From: Gammaproteobacteria bacterium
Lineage (GTDB): Bacteria > Cyanobacteriota > Vampirovibrionia > Vampirovibrionales > JAJTHC01
Reading direction: 5' to 3'
Assembly: GCA_040375445.1 (NCBI GenBank)
Contig: JBEISK010000001.1
Location: 49,144-113,143 of the forward strand
Length of the DNA: 64,000 nt
Shown here: positions 1-10,398 of the stretch, one piece after another
How the letters are laid out: each line of letters starts with the position of its first letter
Numbering within the stretch: the stretch's first letter is position 1
Position numbers and translations under genes: made by a program
The notes under the pieces: model-generated
Databases searched by the model: none
Told to the model about the DNA's origin: nothing
Seen by the model: only the letters and a program-made list of their open reading frames with translations

Positions 1-306
1 CTTCAATGGTATTATTATAGTGAATAATGCCGATACCGCCGAGCAGTGCCATGTGGATCGCCATTTGGGCTTCGGTGACGGTATCCATGGGGGACGAAAC
101 AATCGGGGTGTGCAGGGCGATTTTTTTAGAAATGCGGGTGAGCAATTGAACATCTTGCACGGCGAAGTGAATATGCCCTGGTAAAAGAATGAGATCGTTA
201 TAGGTTAAGCCTGAGGATTGGGCAAAGAGTTCAGCGGCACTGTAGCCATCCGCCATTTGAAGGGTAGGGTCGATCGTGATAGAAGGTGAAGAGACGAGGG
301 GGTTCA
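1..306 (-). CDS. guaB: IMP dehydrogenase, N-terminal part (gene runs off the window start); eukaryote-like N-terminus
   Basis: Reverse-strand translation from ATG at 306 gives [28 protein letters not shown]...[16 protein letters not shown]...[35 protein letters not shown], which matches the IMPDH N-terminal CBS-flanking region and catalytic-domain start. An alternative start is ATG at 256 (MADGY...). Confidence 0.75.
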
Positions 307-539
307 TGGCAAGGGTTTCCAGTGAGTTCGTGAGGCATAATTGAGTTGTACAAGTCTATCAGAAACACACGAGCTTGTCTATAAAGGGTTTTGTATATTT
401 AAGATTCTATAAATGAAGCGAAAATACTAAAATCGTTGTCTAAGCAGACGTCCAAGCACTAAATCCGAGCGGGTGAGCGAACTGCGAATCCCCGAGCGAT
501 TTTGCGGACGTCGTGCAAAGGGAATGATGCGACGAGGTG

Positions 540-660
540 GGTCAAAAGGGGGTGGATTTTTAAGGAGGGGGAAATGAGGGAGGAGAAACGCAATACGTCC
601 TCCCTTCCCCCTCCTTAAATCGCCTTTGGAGGTTTGGAGGCTTTTGGCGACGCAAAAGTC
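540..660. repeat. cluster of GGAGG-rich imperfect palindromes (stem-loops), member of a hairpin-cluster family
   Basis: aaggagggggaaatgagggaggag...ctcctcccttccccctcctt and ggaggcttttg...caaaagtctcc are inverted repeats. The same CCCCTCC/GGAGGGG hairpin style recurs at 3218-3246, 4020-4140 and 35262-35360. Confidence 0.5.
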
Positions 661-878
661 TCCAAGCACCAGCTTAAGAAAGAAGTGAGAAACCAAAAAA
701 ACTAAAAGTGTTCAGGAAATGATAGGTTTAGCTATACTAAACGCCCAAAAATCCTTAAACCTTTCTAAAGACCCCCCTCTTTCGATATGTTTACGTTATA
801 ATTGTCTTGCTTATATATGAAATATCATATGAAGCATGTAGTCTTTTATATTTAAAAATGTATGGAGGTTAAAACCCA

Positions 879-1172
879 ATGAGTTCAACTGTTACGATTC
901 AACCCCTTGCCGATCGTGTGGTTTTAGAAGTGATTGATGAGACGCAACAAACCGCTGGCGGTATTTTTATTCCTGATTCCGCTCGTGAAAAGCCCCAAAG
1001 TGCGAAAGTCATCGCTGTAGGGCCAGGACGCACCGAAAATGGCGTTTTAGTCGTGCCTACGGTTCAAGTGGGTCAAACCGTCTTGTTCACCAAATATGCG
1101 GGTACAGACGTAAAATTGGGTAGCCAAGACTACAAAATCGTTTCTGAAAAAGACATCCTTGCGATTGTCTAA
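879..1172 (+). CDS. groES: co-chaperonin GroES (10 kDa chaperonin)
   Basis: 97 aa with a GroES-like sequence throughout (…IQPLADRVVLEV…AGGIFIPDSAREKPQ…GKVIAVGPGR…). GGAGG Shine-Dalgarno at 864-868. Immediately upstream of groEL. Confidence 0.95.
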   Translation: MSSTVTIQPLADRVVLEVIDETQQTAGGIFIPDSAREKPQSAKVIAVGPGRTENGVLVVPTVQVGQTVLFTKYAGTDVKLGSQDYKIVSEKDILAIV

Positions 1173-1223
1173 TGGTTTTTAACGCTTTTTATTTTAACCC
1201 TCTATTAAATACTGTAATTATAA

Positions 1224-2858
<1,635 letters not shown>

Positions 2859-2883
2859 ACCTTTTGAGTCTTATTTTCAAGAA

Positions 2884-2912
2884 AGCCCTTGTTGAAAAAC
2901 AGGGGCTTTTTT
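2884..2912 (+). terminator. rho-independent terminator after groEL
   Basis: AGCCCTTGTT-gaaaa-AACAGGGGCT stem-loop followed by TTTTTT. Confidence 0.6.
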
Positions 2913-2933
2913 AAAAAGAAGGGCTTGATTTCC

Positions 2934-3097
2934 GACACACGAAACCCTGTTTTTGACACACAAAACCCTCATTTCTGACACACGAAACCCTCGTTTCTGA
3001 CACACGAAACCCTCATTTCTGACACACGAAACCCTCATTTCTGACACACGAAACCCTCATTTCTGACACACGAAACCCTCATTTCTGACACACGGAA
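2934..3097. repeat. tandem direct repeat, 22-bp unit GACACACGAAACCCTCATTTCT, about 7.5 copies
   Basis: Copies counted at 2934, 2955, 2977, 2999, 3021, 3043 and 3065, plus a partial copy at 3087. Copies 4-7 are identical and copies 1-3 carry 1-2 substitutions or indels. The array is intergenic. Confidence 0.9.
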
Positions 3098-3217
3098 TTA
3101 AGAGATTTCGGTGGATTTTTGTCTCACCCTCTTGCGTTTCACTGGTTTTCAAGGAGCCACTCTTTTTCAGTATGACAACTTTTCGCTCCGATGCCTAGTG
3201 GCTAAAGCCCACTATTT

Positions 3218-3246
3218 TAAATTCCCCTCCATTTTAGAATGGAGGG
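3218..3246 (-). terminator. hairpin (TTCCCCTCCATT-ttaga-ATGGAGGGGAA) downstream of the minus-strand lipoprotein gene
   Basis: Perfect 12-bp inverted repeat 20 nt past the stop codon of the 3267-3563 gene. Weak T-run. Confidence 0.4.
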
Positions 3247-3266
3247 GAATTGACGTAAGCTTTGTT

Positions 3267-3563
3267 CTAAATGCGGTTATGCCAGTAGCCTCCCTTGCGA
3301 TCAAACAAGGCGTCATAGCCCGACCAAAAACGATACGGTGGAAACAAGCCAATAATCGCATGGGTGGCGACTTTATCTCCCGGATTATCGTTCACTGCTT
3401 GCCCGATCCCTGGCCAAACAATGAGAGACAAGGCACAGGCACCTACGCTTCGACCGCTAATTTTGCCTCGTGTACCCGCCGCAAACACATCAGGGGTGAC
3501 CCATAAACTACACGCCAACAAGGCGATCATTAAGGCAGACCCTAAAAATTTCATATTCATCAT
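3267..3563 (-). CDS. small lipoprotein with a glycine-zipper-like segment (secreted/outer-membrane candidate)
   Basis: Signal peptide MKFLGSALMIALLAC with a lipobox-like LLAC. Glycine-rich segment GRSVGACALSLIVWPGIGQAV. A GAGGA Shine-Dalgarno sits before the ATG at 3563. The overlapping plus-strand ORF 3111-3506 has no such features. Confidence 0.5.
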   Translation of the reverse strand: MMNMKFLGSALMIALLACSLWVTPDVFAAGTRGKISGRSVGACALSLIVWPGIGQAVNDNPGDKVATHAIIGLFPPYRFWSGYDALFDRKGGYWHNRI

Positions 3564-3716
3564 GTGTTCCTCTTTCTTTTCATCATACAATCCAACAACT
3601 TTTATACTAAAATAGCATCAATAGGTCGTAGGTAATTTCACACTACGCTTTGAAAATACACTTGTCAATGCTTTTGACCAAACTTAAGAACACTTTAACA
3701 TTAGGGATACCCTAGA

Positions 3717-3989
3717 ATGTCCGTCCCCTTTTTCGACTATGAATGCGATGCCTGCCAAGCCCCCGTCTGCGAGCGGATGCTTCTGTTCGCCTTAGCTCAT
3801 GATTATGAAGAAGAAACACTGTGCTTGGATTGCTTGGTCGAAAAAGAAGGCGTCGACAAGGCGGTTTTCGTCGAAAAAACGAAAATCTATATTCAAAGTC
3901 GTACCTGTTTTAAAAAGCCCTGGGATGCGTTTAATGCGTCGACCTGCCCTTTACTTGAAAGTGGGTCGTGTTTTTGCCAAGATAGGTAG
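3717..3989 (+). CDS. hypothetical Cys-rich small protein (CxxC...CxxC pattern, possible zinc ribbon)
   Basis: 90 aa with pairs C10/C13 and C36/C39 plus five further Cys. Intergenic context with its own start. Confidence 0.4.
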   Translation: MSVPFFDYECDACQAPVCERMLLFALAHDYEEETLCLDCLVEKEGVDKAVFVEKTKIYIQSRTCFKKPWDAFNASTCPLLESGSCFCQDR

Positions 3990-4019
3990 ACAGTTCTGTT
4001 GGAAGTGCTGTCCCCTCTC

Positions 4020-4140
4020 CTAATTTTAGGAGAGGGAAGAGAACGTCTGAAAGACGTTCGAGGGTGAGGTTAAACCTTAGACTCCGTTGGTGAGTTTAAC
4101 CGCCCCCTAACCCCCTCCTAAAATTAGGAGGGGGGAGAGA
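4020..4140. repeat. nested palindromic hairpin cluster (GGAGG-rich family)
   Basis: Four inverted repeats: CCCTCTCCTAA..TTAGGAGAGGG, GAACGTCT-gaa-AGACGTTC, GGTTAAAC...GTTTAACC and CCCCCTCCTAAAATTAGGAGGGGGG. Confidence 0.55.
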
Positions 4141-4178
4141 GCAAAATAGCCTTCTAAAATAAAAGAAAGAATACCCTA

Positions 4179-4403
4179 ATGCCCCTTGACTTACGCAAAA
4201 CCAAATGCCCCCTCAATTTCGTAAAAGCCAAGCTGGCTTTGGAAAAAATCGACGTGGGGGACGTGCTGGAACTGTGGATTCTACCCCAAGCCGAAAGTGC
4301 CTTGAACTTGCCTGAAAGCTTTACGCAAGAAGGGCAAGACGTCACCCTCGACGCCCCCGAATCGCCCGACAAACAAGTCCTGTGGATTAGACGGCATCAC
4401 TAA
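4179..4403 (+). CDS. TusA-like sulfurtransferase-fold protein (SirA/YedF/YeeD family)
   Basis: 74 aa. LDLRKTKCPLNFVKAKLALEKIDVGDVLEL resembles the TusA N-terminal CPxP motif region. Confidence 0.55.
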   Translation: MPLDLRKTKCPLNFVKAKLALEKIDVGDVLELWILPQAESALNLPESFTQEGQDVTLDAPESPDKQVLWIRRHH

Positions 4404-4426
4404 ATAAGATCACCAAAATAGAAGGA

Positions 4427-6202
4427 ATGCACCCTGTGGCACTTGCCCCCTCTCACTTTAAGCGAAAATCGTCGTCCTTAGACGGTGTGCCGTGGTGGGT
4501 CATTTTACTAGGGGTCATCGGTCTTTTCTTCTTAGTGGCACCGATTTTGCCTTATGAGTCCCTACGTTTTGAAGCCCATCACATAGCGGTCCTGGTGGGG
4601 ATGCCCTTCCAAGTATCGTTGGCGTGGATGCCCCCTATTTTAGGGGTCTTGGGTTTAGCGTCTTTTGCAGGCATCACCCAACGCTTATTTGCCTTGCACA
4701 ATAAGCCTTTATTGGGAGCGGTTTTGATTAGCACCAGTAGTGTGGGTATTCTGGTGATGCTGCTTTCGCCGAGCTTGGCTTTGATGCAGTGGGCATTTAC
4801 GATGATCACGCTGTATCTGACCCTGCGATGGTGGCAGTGGCGAGTCGCCACGCATGCCAGTCCGTTGTCGCCGTGGCAATGGCAAGACATGGTGATAGGG
4901 CTAATTTTGGGGAGCTTAGGAGCCGTTGTGGGAGTGCTTCCCCTGCTATTGTGCTTGGGGAGCTTGGCATTGTGGTTTATGAATGCGACGTCTCGGCGTT
5001 TTACGGTTTTGTCATGGTGGGAAAACTATCGTGGGGTCACGGTTTCGACCTTAGCCACGTTGATTTTAGGCACAGTACTCGGTGGCTTTTTGGGCAGAGG
5101 CTGGGAAACGTTCGCCCCTGTGCAAGCGATGCCCTGTGACCTGTCGATGCTTGAAAATACCGCCTTGTTTGGGGTGAATCTCTTGATGGTGTCCTTCCCT
5201 TGGAATGGTATGATTGCGTATGCGTTGTGGAATTGGGTGAGTAATTTGTCTTACCACGGCAAAGAAGGGCAACTTTTTGATGAGCGAGATTTACCCTTAC
5301 ATCAAGAAGCCTTGTGGTGGAGCTTGGGTATGGCCGGTATCTTGATTTACGGGGTTTTAAGTCATCGAGACACGAGCCTTGCCGTATTGTTGGGAGGGTG
5401 TTTGGCGGCTTGGTATGGGGGGCATATCGTCGATCGTTCCACGCAGTTGCTGGTGCCTCCCAAAGGGCTAAAACGGCTTTGTGATTTGACCCCCTTGTTT
5501 TTATTGGGTTTGGGCGTTTTAGGGGCGTGGTCAATGCTCACTCAAGTGCCTGACGCCTATTTGAGCGATGCCCCGTGGATGCTGGCGGGGTCTCCTGTGG
5601 TTGGCGATTTAGGCGAAAAAGCAGGCAAGTTTGGGACATTTTTAGGGGCTTTGCCGTTGTGGAAATTGTGGTTATTGACGCTCCCTTTATGGTGTTTAAT
5701 CGGTAGTGCGGGCATGGTGAGTCTTCAATTTGTGACGTTTTCCATGTACCGTACGATGAGCGTGTTCGCAGGCTGGAGCCTTATTTACACCGTCTTGTTG
5801 TTTGCGGTGCAATGGCCGATTACGCATCCGCCTTACACGCCAGCCCATCACGCCTTACTTGACGCATTTGACCCTAATCCTACCACTCAAAACACCCAGA
5901 TACAGGGGATCCCGCCTTATATTTTAAGAACAGAGGGGGCATCGTTAGAAATGGCTTTGTACGGACTGTCGCCTGAAAACCGTTTTTATCAAGAAAGAGG
6001 CGATAACGCTACGATTCACTCGCAAGCTGTCCAACTTTTGCCTGTGCATTACATGGGCATGACCCGATCGAATCTCTTGTATTATAGCTTTTTGGATATT
6101 TTGCCGTTTCTTTCGCATGTGGGGGTGCATCATTTTGTGTTAGAATATCTACCTGTAAGGCGGTTTGTAGAACCTGCCGTTGAAGAAGCAGAGAGGCCTT
6201 AG
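4427..6202 (+). CDS. polytopic inner-membrane protein (at least 12 predicted TM segments), Trp-rich; possible glycan polymerase or GT-C-type enzyme of the downstream glycan cluster
   Basis: 591 aa, highly hydrophobic with many helices. Its stop abuts the start of the GT2 gene (TAGATG). No family could be assigned by eye. Confidence 0.55.
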   Translation: MHPVALAPSHFKRKSSSLDGVPWWVILLGVIGLFFLVAPILPYESLRFEAHHIAVLVGMPFQVSLAWMPPILGVLGLASFAGITQRLFALHNKPLLGAVLISTSSVGILVMLLSPSLALMQWAFTMITLYLTLRWWQWRVATHASPLSPWQWQDMVIGLILGSLGAVVGVLPLLLCLGSLALWFMNATSRRFTVLSWWENYRGVTVSTLATLILGTVLGGFLGRGWETFAPVQAMPCDLSMLENTALFGVNLLMVSFPWNGMIAYALWNWVSNLSYHGKEGQLFDERDLPLHQEALWWSLGMAGILIYGVLSHRDTSLAVLLGGCLAAWYGGHIVDRSTQLLVPPKGLKRLCDLTPLFLLGLGVLGAWSMLTQVPDAYLSDAPWMLAGSPVVGDLGEKAGKFGTFLGALPLWKLWLLTLPLWCLIGSAGMVSLQFVTFSMYRTMSVFAGWSLIYTVLLFAVQWPITHPPYTPAHHALLDAFDPNPTTQNTQIQGIPPYILRTEGASLEMALYGLSPENRFYQERGDNATIHSQAVQLLPVHYMGMTRSNLLYYSFLDILPFLSHVGVHHFVLEYLPVRRFVEPAVEEAERP

Positions 6203-7732
6203 ATGTTTAAGTCCAATAAGTCTACACTGCAACGCCTTTCTGTAGAAGCCCTTCTAAACCCTCGCGATTTTTCTTGGGAAGAAACCGCTGTTTACGCCGT
6301 TGCGCTGGATGCCATGCCGTCGCTTCGCTGGGACTATCAAGCATTTTCTCCGTCGACAGACCCGTGCTGGAGCCTGCCTCATGGGTATTTGAGCCAAGCC
6401 CAGCATGTGAGCCTGCATCCAGAGTGCCCCAATGCCTTGTGGATCTTGCAACGTTATGGGTATGGTCCGTGTGTGTATGTGCAAGGGGGCTTGCTGAAAG
6501 AAGCCTTGGCTGCCTTGCCACAAGACGCCTCTCTTTCTCAAGAAGACGTCTTGCATGGCGTGGTGTTTTACTTGGCACGGCATCATGCGCAAGCTTATGT
6601 GGAGCCTCCCACCAAAGTCCTGTATACCTGTGACGATGAAAGCGAGCTTAACGCTCATCGCTTTTTAGACAATCCTCATTTAGCGTCTTGGGCGGAAGAA
6701 CAAGCCAACGCCTTAGGCGTGAGTTTTCAAGCAGGCGTCTTGCAACCGTTGCTCAAAGAAGCGATCCCGCTCATCAGTATTTTAATTCCGTTTCGAGATG
6801 CCCCCGACTTGCTCAAGCAAGTGGTGGATTCGCTCTTGGCGTTCAAGGACCACTCGCCTCCTTTTGAAATCATCGGCATTAACAATCAAAGTCAAGATTC
6901 TGAAACCCTCGCTTTGATGCAGGCTTACGCTCAACACGACAACATCCATTTTGTAGATTATGACGCTTCCTTTAACTATGCCGCCATGATGAACCTAGGC
7001 GCTCAACAAGCCTTGGGGGACTTGATTTTACAACTCAATAATGACATTGAATTCATCACACCAACGACCTTGACGCAGTTGGCGTCTTGGGCGATGCTCC
7101 CGAGTATCGGCGCGGTGGGGGCCACCTTGTTTTATCCTGATGGGCGCATTCAACACATCGGTTGTCACTTGGGTGTATGGGGGCATGTGGGGCATGTGTT
7201 TCGTCTAAGAGATTTAAAGAGCGTGCCTGAGGCGTGGTCGCAGGTGCAACGCCCTGTGATTGCGGTGACAGGGGCCCTGCTGATGATGCGAAAATCGCTG
7301 TATTTCGAGTTGGGGGGTATGAATGAACAGGACTATAAAATAGGCTTTAATGACGTCGATTTGTGCCTTAAAGCCCATGAAAAGGGTTATACGAATATCT
7401 GCCTAAGTTCGGTGCAGGCGGTGCATTATGAAAGCGTCAGCCGTAAAAAAGCACCGAATAAAGTTAAGCATCAGCAAGAACGCCGTGAACGTCAAGCCTT
7501 TTATACGCAGTATGCCCATTTGCTCAAGCACTTTGACCCTACCTTTTCTCGAGGCTTTAACATGATGGGTGATATAGGGAATCCCTCTCCTTTCTTATGG
7601 AAAAGCCCGTTGATGCCTCGTTTGCTGACAGGACACATCCCCTTTACGCCGTGGCGTTTTTCAATCTTCCGCTCGGCGGATAAGTCCTTGCGTGTGATGT
7701 GGGACAAGCCCTTGAAGGAATCTGCACCATGA
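6203..7732 (+). CDS. glycosyltransferase family 2 protein with a roughly 190-aa N-terminal extension of unknown function
   Basis: The C-terminal half has GT-A hallmarks: ISILIPFRD, NNDIEF (DXD-like), YPDGRIQHIG. Confidence 0.75.
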   Translation: MFKSNKSTLQRLSVEALLNPRDFSWEETAVYAVALDAMPSLRWDYQAFSPSTDPCWSLPHGYLSQAQHVSLHPECPNALWILQRYGYGPCVYVQGGLLKEALAALPQDASLSQEDVLHGVVFYLARHHAQAYVEPPTKVLYTCDDESELNAHRFLDNPHLASWAEEQANALGVSFQAGVLQPLLKEAIPLISILIPFRDAPDLLKQVVDSLLAFKDHSPPFEIIGINNQSQDSETLALMQAYAQHDNIHFVDYDASFNYAAMMNLGAQQALGDLILQLNNDIEFITPTTLTQLASWAMLPSIGAVGATLFYPDGRIQHIGCHLGVWGHVGHVFRLRDLKSVPEAWSQVQRPVIAVTGALLMMRKSLYFELGGMNEQDYKIGFNDVDLCLKAHEKGYTNICLSSVQAVHYESVSRKKAPNKVKHQQERRERQAFYTQYAHLLKHFDPTFSRGFNMMGDIGNPSPFLWKSPLMPRLLTGHIPFTPWRFSIFRSADKSLRVMWDKPLKESAP

Positions 7733-8628
7733 AAATACTATTGACAGGTGCCAGCGGTTTTATCGGCTCTCATGTGCTTCAAGCGTTTTTAGCCAACAGT
7801 GATAGCGTTGCGGTGCTAGGCAGAACCCCTCTTCGTGAGGCTCCCGCAGGCGTCGATTTTTTTCATTATGACGGTTCCTATGCGTCGGCTTTAGAGGCAA
7901 TGACTGCTGTTCAGCCTGATATTGTCGTGCATTTGGCGACCCATTTTGTCGGCACGCATCACGCCAGTGATGTAGATCTTTTGCTGGCAGGCAATATCGG
8001 TTTTGGCTTGCATTTGCTAGAAGCCATGAAACAAGTGGGATGCCGTGCTTGGCTGAACGCCGCCAGTGCATGGCAATACGCAGGGAGTGGAGGCGACCAT
8101 TCTTTTCATCCCAACGGCTTGTATGCCGCGTCTAAATCGGCGTTGGATGCTTTAGTGACGGCGTATGTTCACGAAGCAGGGCTTCATGCGATGAATTTGG
8201 TGATTTACGAAAGCTACGGCAAGGGCGACAGTCGTAAGAAGTTGATCCCTCAATTGTTGAGCCAAGTGCAGAAAGGGCAAGAAGTGCAACGGCATTTCAA
8301 GTTGGTCGGCAAAGAAAAGCAGTTTTACTTTGTACATGTGCAAGATATTGCCGAGGCTTTTGTGTTGGCTAGTCACCGTTTGGTGGAAGCATCTAAGCAA
8401 GAAGCAGGGACTTTTTCGCATTATGCCTTGCGTCCCGATGAAGCCCCTTTGGGCATTGAAGGCGTGGTGCAAGCGATGGGACGTGCGTGGCAAGTGGAAC
8501 TCACGGCGGACTACGGTGCCTTTCCCTTTCGAGCGAACGAAGTGCTGGTGCCTCCCGCAGGGGTGGAGCGTCTGCCTGACTGGGAGCCGAAGATTTCTCT
8601 AGAAGCAGGCTTGGCATCTTTGTGGTAA
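7729..8628 (+). CDS. NAD(P)-dependent sugar epimerase/reductase (extended SDR; RmlD-like candidate)
   Basis: MKILLTGASGFIGSHV Rossmann motif and YAASKSA (YxxxK). Its ATG overlaps the TGA of the upstream GT2 gene (ATGA). Confidence 0.7.
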   Translation: MKILLTGASGFIGSHVLQAFLANSDSVAVLGRTPLREAPAGVDFFHYDGSYASALEAMTAVQPDIVVHLATHFVGTHHASDVDLLLAGNIGFGLHLLEAMKQVGCRAWLNAASAWQYAGSGGDHSFHPNGLYAASKSALDALVTAYVHEAGLHAMNLVIYESYGKGDSRKKLIPQLLSQVQKGQEVQRHFKLVGKEKQFYFVHVQDIAEAFVLASHRLVEASKQEAGTFSHYALRPDEAPLGIEGVVQAMGRAWQVELTADYGAFPFRANEVLVPPAGVERLPDWEPKISLEAGLASLW

Positions 8629-8679
8629 ACTGTAAACGTCTATAATCGTCAAGAAAATAGGACAAAAAAGGATTCCACC

Positions 8680-9231
8680 ATGCCCTTAGCACTGCAAGAT
8701 CATACCATTGACGGCGTTCTACTTCTCGATGGCGTTCGCTTTCAAGACGACCGCGGCTTTTTCACGGAACTCTACAACCAAGCCCGTATGCCTGCTGAAC
8801 TCCCCGCCTTCGTGCAGGACAATGCGTCCCTGTCGCTTGAAAAAGGCGTGCTACGGGGCCTGCACTTTCAAAAAGCTCCCTACGCACAAGGCAAGTTCGT
8901 TACGGTGTTACAAGGCTCCATTTGGGATGTGCTGGTCGATTTACGAAACGCCTCTGCTACTTTTGGCAAGGCTTACGGTGTGGAACTTTCCGCCGAAAAC
9001 AAGCACCAGCTCTATATCCCTGAAGGCTTTGCGCATGGTTTTGTTACCTTAGAAGCCAATACCCTTGTGCATTATAAAACCACGGCCCCGTATTCGCCGT
9101 CGCATGACAGCGGGATTCGCTGGAACGACCCCACCCTTGCCATTGATTGGCACCTAGAAGGAGCGTCCCCCATTCTTTCGCCCAAAGATGAAGCCCTGCC
9201 CTTCTTTGACGCCCAAGCGGCCTACTTTTAA
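8680..9231 (+). CDS. rfbC: dTDP-4-dehydrorhamnose 3,5-epimerase
   Basis: 183 aa. [28 protein letters not shown] and IPEGFAHGF are typical of RmlC. Confidence 0.85.
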   Translation: MPLALQDHTIDGVLLLDGVRFQDDRGFFTELYNQARMPAELPAFVQDNASLSLEKGVLRGLHFQKAPYAQGKFVTVLQGSIWDVLVDLRNASATFGKAYGVELSAENKHQLYIPEGFAHGFVTLEANTLVHYKTTAPYSPSHDSGIRWNDPTLAIDWHLEGASPILSPKDEALPFFDAQAAYF

Positions 9232-9259
9232 TCCCCAAACCCTTTTAGAGGATGCCTAC

Positions 9260-10333
9260 ATGAACAATTCTTCACAACAGCAACGCATTTTAGTCACAGG
9301 CGGAGCGGGCTTTATCGGATCCGCCCTCGTGCGTTACCTCGTCCAGTCCACTGATGCTCATGTGTTGAACGTCGATGCCCTGACCTATGCCGCCAACCTC
9401 AATAGCGTGGCGGATGTGGAGGCGTCGCCTCGTTATACCTTTAAACAACTGAACATCACGGATACCCCTGCCTTAAACGCCTTGTTTCAAGACTTTCAAC
9501 CCACCAGCGTGATGCATCTTGCCGCCGAAAGCCATGTGGATCGCTCCATCGACGGACCTGCCGTCTTTTTAGACACGAACATCCTCGGGACGTTTTCGCT
9601 TTTAGAAGCCAGCCGTGCGTATTACGAAGGCTTGTCTCGTGAAGAGCAAAGCGGATTTCGTTTCTTGCACGTGTCGACGGATGAAGTCTACGGCACGCTG
9701 GGAAAAGACGATTTATTCACCGAAGAAACGCCGTATGCCCCCAACTCGCCGTATTCGGCAAGTAAAGCCAGCTCCGATTTCTTGGTTCGCGCGTGGCATC
9801 ATACCTATGGCTTGCCTGTGTTGATGACGAATTGCTCGAATAATTATGGGCCTTATCACTTCCCTGAAAAACTGATTCCGCTTATCATCATCAATGCCTT
9901 ACAAGGCAAGGATTTGCCTGTGTATGGCGACGGTTCTAATGTGCGGGATTGGTTGTATGTGGACGATCACGTCAAAGGGCTGTACACGGTGCTTCAAAAA
10001 GGCATCGTTGGGGAAAAGTATAATATCGGGGGGCATAACGAAAAAACGAACTTGGATGTCGTGCATACCTTATGCGATGCACTCGATCAACAACGCCCCA
10101 AGTCCGACGGCACCAGTTTTCGCTCGCAGATCCGCTTTGTCACGGATCGTCCAGGGCATGATTTTCGCTATGCCATTGATGCGTCGAAGATTCAGCGAGA
10201 ATTGGGCTGGGTGCCTGAAGAAAGCTTTGAATCGGGCATGGCTAAAACCGTGGACTGGTATTTGAGCCGTCAAGACTGGTGGCAACCCATTTTAGATAAG
10301 ACCTACAACACCCAACGCCTCGGCGTTAGATAA
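9260..10333 (+). CDS. rfbB: dTDP-glucose 4,6-dehydratase
   Basis: [40 protein letters not shown]. Start taken at the internal ATG 9260 ([14 protein letters not shown]) rather than the longer ORF. Confidence 0.9.
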   Translation: MNNSSQQQRILVTGGAGFIGSALVRYLVQSTDAHVLNVDALTYAANLNSVADVEASPRYTFKQLNITDTPALNALFQDFQPTSVMHLAAESHVDRSIDGPAVFLDTNILGTFSLLEASRAYYEGLSREEQSGFRFLHVSTDEVYGTLGKDDLFTEETPYAPNSPYSASKASSDFLVRAWHHTYGLPVLMTNCSNNYGPYHFPEKLIPLIIINALQGKDLPVYGDGSNVRDWLYVDDHVKGLYTVLQKGIVGEKYNIGGHNEKTNLDVVHTLCDALDQQRPKSDGTSFRSQIRFVTDRPGHDFRYAIDASKIQRELGWVPEESFESGMAKTVDWYLSRQDWWQPILDKTYNTQRLGVR

Positions 10334-10398
10334 AGCCATCTAGGGTCTCTTCGTTGTCGTTACGATGCCCTCCCCTAATTTAGAAAGCAGAAAACCCC

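Noticed and set aside
427-696. 89-aa minus-strand ORF upstream of groES
   Set aside because: Its sequence (PPFDPPRR..., GGRIAFLLPHFP) is the translation of the GGAGG-rich palindromic hairpin cluster. Low complexity and no start context, so probably non-coding.
700-878. CIRCE (HrcA) operator upstream of groES
   Set aside because: I looked for TTAGCACTC-N9-GAGTGCTAA and found no convincing match. Only an unrelated AAGCACTAA fragment occurs near 455.
2934-3097. Possible CRISPR array
   Set aside because: The repeats are directly adjacent with no unique spacers, the unit is only 22 bp and no cas genes are nearby. It is a simple tandem repeat.
3111-3506. 131-aa plus-strand ORF overlapping the small lipoprotein gene
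   Set aside because: The opposite-strand ORF has a signal peptide, lipobox, Shine-Dalgarno and a downstream hairpin. The plus ORF has none of these and starts inside the repeat array tail.
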